The notes under the pieces: generated by a model
What the model was told of the DNA's origin: nothing
Database searches by the model: none
What the model saw: the letters and a program-made list of their open reading frames with translations, nothing else
Part shown: piece by piece, positions 40,414 to 42,925 of the stretch
How positions within the stretch are numbered: the first letter of the stretch is position 1
Layout of the letters: each line of letters begins with the position of its first letter
Position numbers and translations under genes: made by a program
NCBI GenBank assembly: GCA_031416075.1
Contig: JANOSY010000075.1
Location: forward strand, 1 to 42,925
DNA length: 42,925 nucleotides
From: Candidatus Tenderia sp.
GTDB lineage: Bacteria > Pseudomonadota > Gammaproteobacteria > Tenderiales > Tenderiaceae
Direction of reading: 5' to 3'

Positions 40414-42123
40414 TTAAACCAGACGCGCCTTGAGAAAGCCCACTATCTCTGCCAAAGGGATAAACTGGTTTTCAGTATCGCGCCGCCCTTTATACTCCAG
40501 CTCCCCCTTATCCAACCCCTTTTCGCTAAAGACAATACGATGGGGAATACCAATCAGCTCCATATCCGAAAACATAACCCCTGGGCGCTCCTTGCGATCA
40601 TCAAACAGCACCTCAAAACCCGCCGCCACCAACTCTCCGTAGAGTTTTTCAGCCGCCTCGCACAGACGCTGTGACTTATGCATATTTAATGGGATCAAGA
40701 CCACATGGAAAGGGGCAATGGCAACGGGCCAGATGATCCCCTGAGCATCATTGTTCTGCTCAATGGCTGCCGCCACAATGCGCGAAACACCAATGCCATA
40801 ACAACCCATGGTCATCACCACCGGTTTACCATCTTCACCCTGCACGTTTGCCTTCATCGCCTCGCTATACTTGCGGCCAAGCTGGAAGATGTGACCCACT
40901 TCAATTCCACGTTTAATCAGCAGTGTGCCTTTACCGTCCGGGCTGGCATCACCTTCAACCACATTGCGAATATCGACCACCACCCCTTCCGGCAGATCAC
41001 GCCCCCAGTTAACGCCCGTCAGATGTTTACCGTTCTGGTTCGCGCCGCAAACAAAATCAGCCAGCTGGGCAGCACTACGATCAACAATCACCGGGATGCT
41101 CAGCCCCACCGGGCCGACTGAACCCGGCGCACACCCTGCTACCGTCTTCACCTGCTCGGGGGTAACAAAGGTGAGGGGCGTGGCAATCTGGGGGAGCTTC
41201 TCCACTTTGACCTCATTCACTTCGTGGTCGCCTCTGACTACCAGCGCCACCACGCTCCCCGGCACAGCCCCCTGCACCAGCAGCGTCTTCACCGTCTGGC
41301 AAGCCTCTATATTAAGGTGAGCACACACCTCTTCGATGGTGTGCTGGGCTGGGGTATCAACCGTGGTCAGTGTCGCTGTTGCTGCTGGACGGCCACTGCT
41401 CGGAGCCACCGCTTCGGCCAACTCAACGTTGGCGGCGTAATCACTCTCCGTACTGAAGGCGATGTCATCCTCACCGGATGAGGCCAGCACGTGGAATTCA
41501 TGGGAGGCGTTACCGCCGATGGCCCCCGTATCGGCCTGCACCGCGCGGAACTCCAAACCAAGACGGCTAAAGATGCGGGTATAGGTCTCGTACATCACAT
41601 CATAGGTCTGCTGCAAAGAGGCATCGTCGATATGAAAGGAGTACGCATCTTTCATCAAAAACTCACGGGCGCGCATCACACCAAAACGGGGGCGGCGCTC
41701 ATCACGAAACTTGGTCTGGATCTGGTAAAAATTGGCGGGCAGCTGTTTGTAGCTGCGCAACTCGTTACGAATCAGGTCTGTTACCACCTCTTCATGGGTC
41801 GGCCCAAAGCAGAAATCACGCTCATGGCGGTCTTTAAGCCGCAACATCTCTTCGCCCATCTGCTCCCAGCGACCCGACTCCTGCCACAGCTCAGAGGGCT
41901 GAATCGCCGGCATCAGGATCTCCTGCCCGCCTGCGCGGTTCATCTCCTCACGGACGATCGCCTCCACCTTGCGTAATACCCTCAACCCCATCGGCATCCA
42001 GGTGTAGAGCCCTGCCGCCAGTTTGCGGATCATACCGGCGCGCGTCATCAGCTGATGGCTAACAACTTCGGCGTCGGAGGGGTTCTCTCTCAAGGTCGAC
42101 AACAGGATCTGGGATGTACGCAT
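40414..42123 (-). CDS. proS: Proline-tRNA ligase
   Basis: [25 protein letters not shown] and MGCYGIG motifs; editing insert present. Confidence 0.98.
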   Translation of the reverse strand: MRTSQILLSTLRENPSDAEVVSHQLMTRAGMIRKLAAGLYTWMPMGLRVLRKVEAIVREEMNRAGGQEILMPAIQPSELWQESGRWEQMGEEMLRLKDRHERDFCFGPTHEEVVTDLIRNELRSYKQLPANFYQIQTKFRDERRPRFGVMRAREFLMKDAYSFHIDDASLQQTYDVMYETYTRIFSRLGLEFRAVQADTGAIGGNASHEFHVLASSGEDDIAFSTESDYAANVELAEAVAPSSGRPAATATLTTVDTPAQHTIEEVCAHLNIEACQTVKTLLVQGAVPGSVVALVVRGDHEVNEVKVEKLPQIATPLTFVTPEQVKTVAGCAPGSVGPVGLSIPVIVDRSAAQLADFVCGANQNGKHLTGVNWGRDLPEGVVVDIRNVVEGDASPDGKGTLLIKRGIEVGHIFQLGRKYSEAMKANVQGEDGKPVVMTMGCYGIGVSRIVAAAIEQNNDAQGIIWPVAIAPFHVVLIPLNMHKSQRLCEAAEKLYGELVAAGFEVLFDDRKERPGVMFSDMELIGIPHRIVFSEKGLDKGELEYKGRRDTENQFIPLAEIVGFLKARLV

Positions 42124-42224
42124 GACGGCTGATTCTTCTTGAATTTGTTAAGGGGGTGGATTTTAGCCGCTCGGGGGGAGCGGTGGCCAGCGTTGATGGC
42201 AAAATCGGCAGGGTATTTTGCCTT

Positions 42225-42525
42225 TTACTGAAGATCAATCCCGGCATCAACGATCTGACAGCCCAGCTACCCAGCAATAATACGCATCTCCTTTTCAGCG
42301 TTATGCAGGCAGCTGGTGGCCCCCGGCGAGGGGGTCATATTGAAGATAATGCCGTTGCCGGGGTCGATCTTAGCCTCGCCCATATGCAGCTTGCTGTTAA
42401 TCTTGTCGATCATCACCGGACGGATACCGCCAATCCTCTTGGCAAATTCCAGATCCTTCAGTTACAGTGTTGGCACCACCTTGCGGGCATCGTTCAGGAG
42501 ATATACCGCCGAGCAAGACTATGAA
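42225..42525 (-). pseudogene. C-terminal fragment of a malate:quinone oxidoreductase-like (epsilonproteobacterial-type Mqo) FAD enzyme
   Basis: LNDARKVVPTL*LKDLEFAKRIGGIRP...MGEAKIDPGNGIIFNMTPSPGATSCLHNA. In-frame stops at 42462-42464 and 42267-42269; no 5' part visible. Family assignment is from motif recall. Confidence 0.7.
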
Positions 42526-42799
42526 CACCTATCACGCCGGACAGGTGAGATCGCACGCTGACCGCCATGGAGAACAAAAAGAGGGTGATTAATCCCCGAG
42601 AGTGCTCATAAAATCAGGTCATGAAATAGCGACACAATCACCCTCCAAAACCAAGACGCCCCTGCACTGGCGATAACCAGGGTGAAGCAGGCGTGAAGAC
42701 ATTCAGATTTAAAGCATGGAAATCGGCCAATAACCCCATTTCTGGAAAACTGTGTATTACCGATGCATAGCATAACAAAATAGCCCTGTTGTGGCTTAA

Positions 42800-42925
42800 T
42801 GAACTTGTACACCGAGATGGGATAAACTAACCCCAACTAGAGAAGAGATGTATCAAGAATGAGCAAATCAAAGCCACTATTTTCGAGTGAATTTAAAGAA
42901 GATGCCGCCAGTTTGGTTCTGGATA
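42800..42925 (+). mobile_element. Left end of an IS3-family element; OrfA starts at 42859 and is cut by the window end
   Basis: MSKSKPLFSSEFKEDAASLVLD resembles the IS3 OrfA HTH N-terminus; candidate 5'-TG end (TGAAC) at 42800. Confidence 0.7.

Noticed and set aside
42156-42836. ORFs 42156-42524, 42316-42561 and 42606-42836
   Set aside because: The first two are antisense to the mqo-like remnant; the last has no RBS or motif and overlaps the IS3 end.

Overview
Mostly chromosomal gammaproteobacterial-type sequence. Housekeeping and envelope genes include sbcB, bioA, rsmE, groES-groEL (sigma32 promoter), an aspartase-family lyase, proS, a MacAB-type ABC exporter, an S8 protease, a PEP-CTERM protein and a peptidase-PD40-Omp85 outer-membrane protein. 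There is also a complete copper-resistance cluster with CusRS. Three accessory spots stand out. (1) At 1-2255, a group IIC intron 3' end, an AT-rich integron-type cassette with a half attC, an intact IS1111 (IS110 family) element and a GTAG REP-like hairpin are nested together. The IS's downstream non-coding region visibly encodes guides matching both its target site and its own circle junction (bridge/seekRNA). (2) At 3469-3904, a NikR-like inverted repeat, a sigma70 promoter and a switch-like leader precede an 85-aa protein with 28 His. (3) At 11630-12469, a lone integron cassette (no integrase in the window) carries a BrnT toxin and two tandem antitoxin-like paralogues lacking a DNA-binding domain; the second is split by a 1-nt shift in an A6 tract. 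The window ends with a decayed mqo-like fragment and the start of an IS3-family element. All calls come from reading the sequence by eye; no database searches were run.
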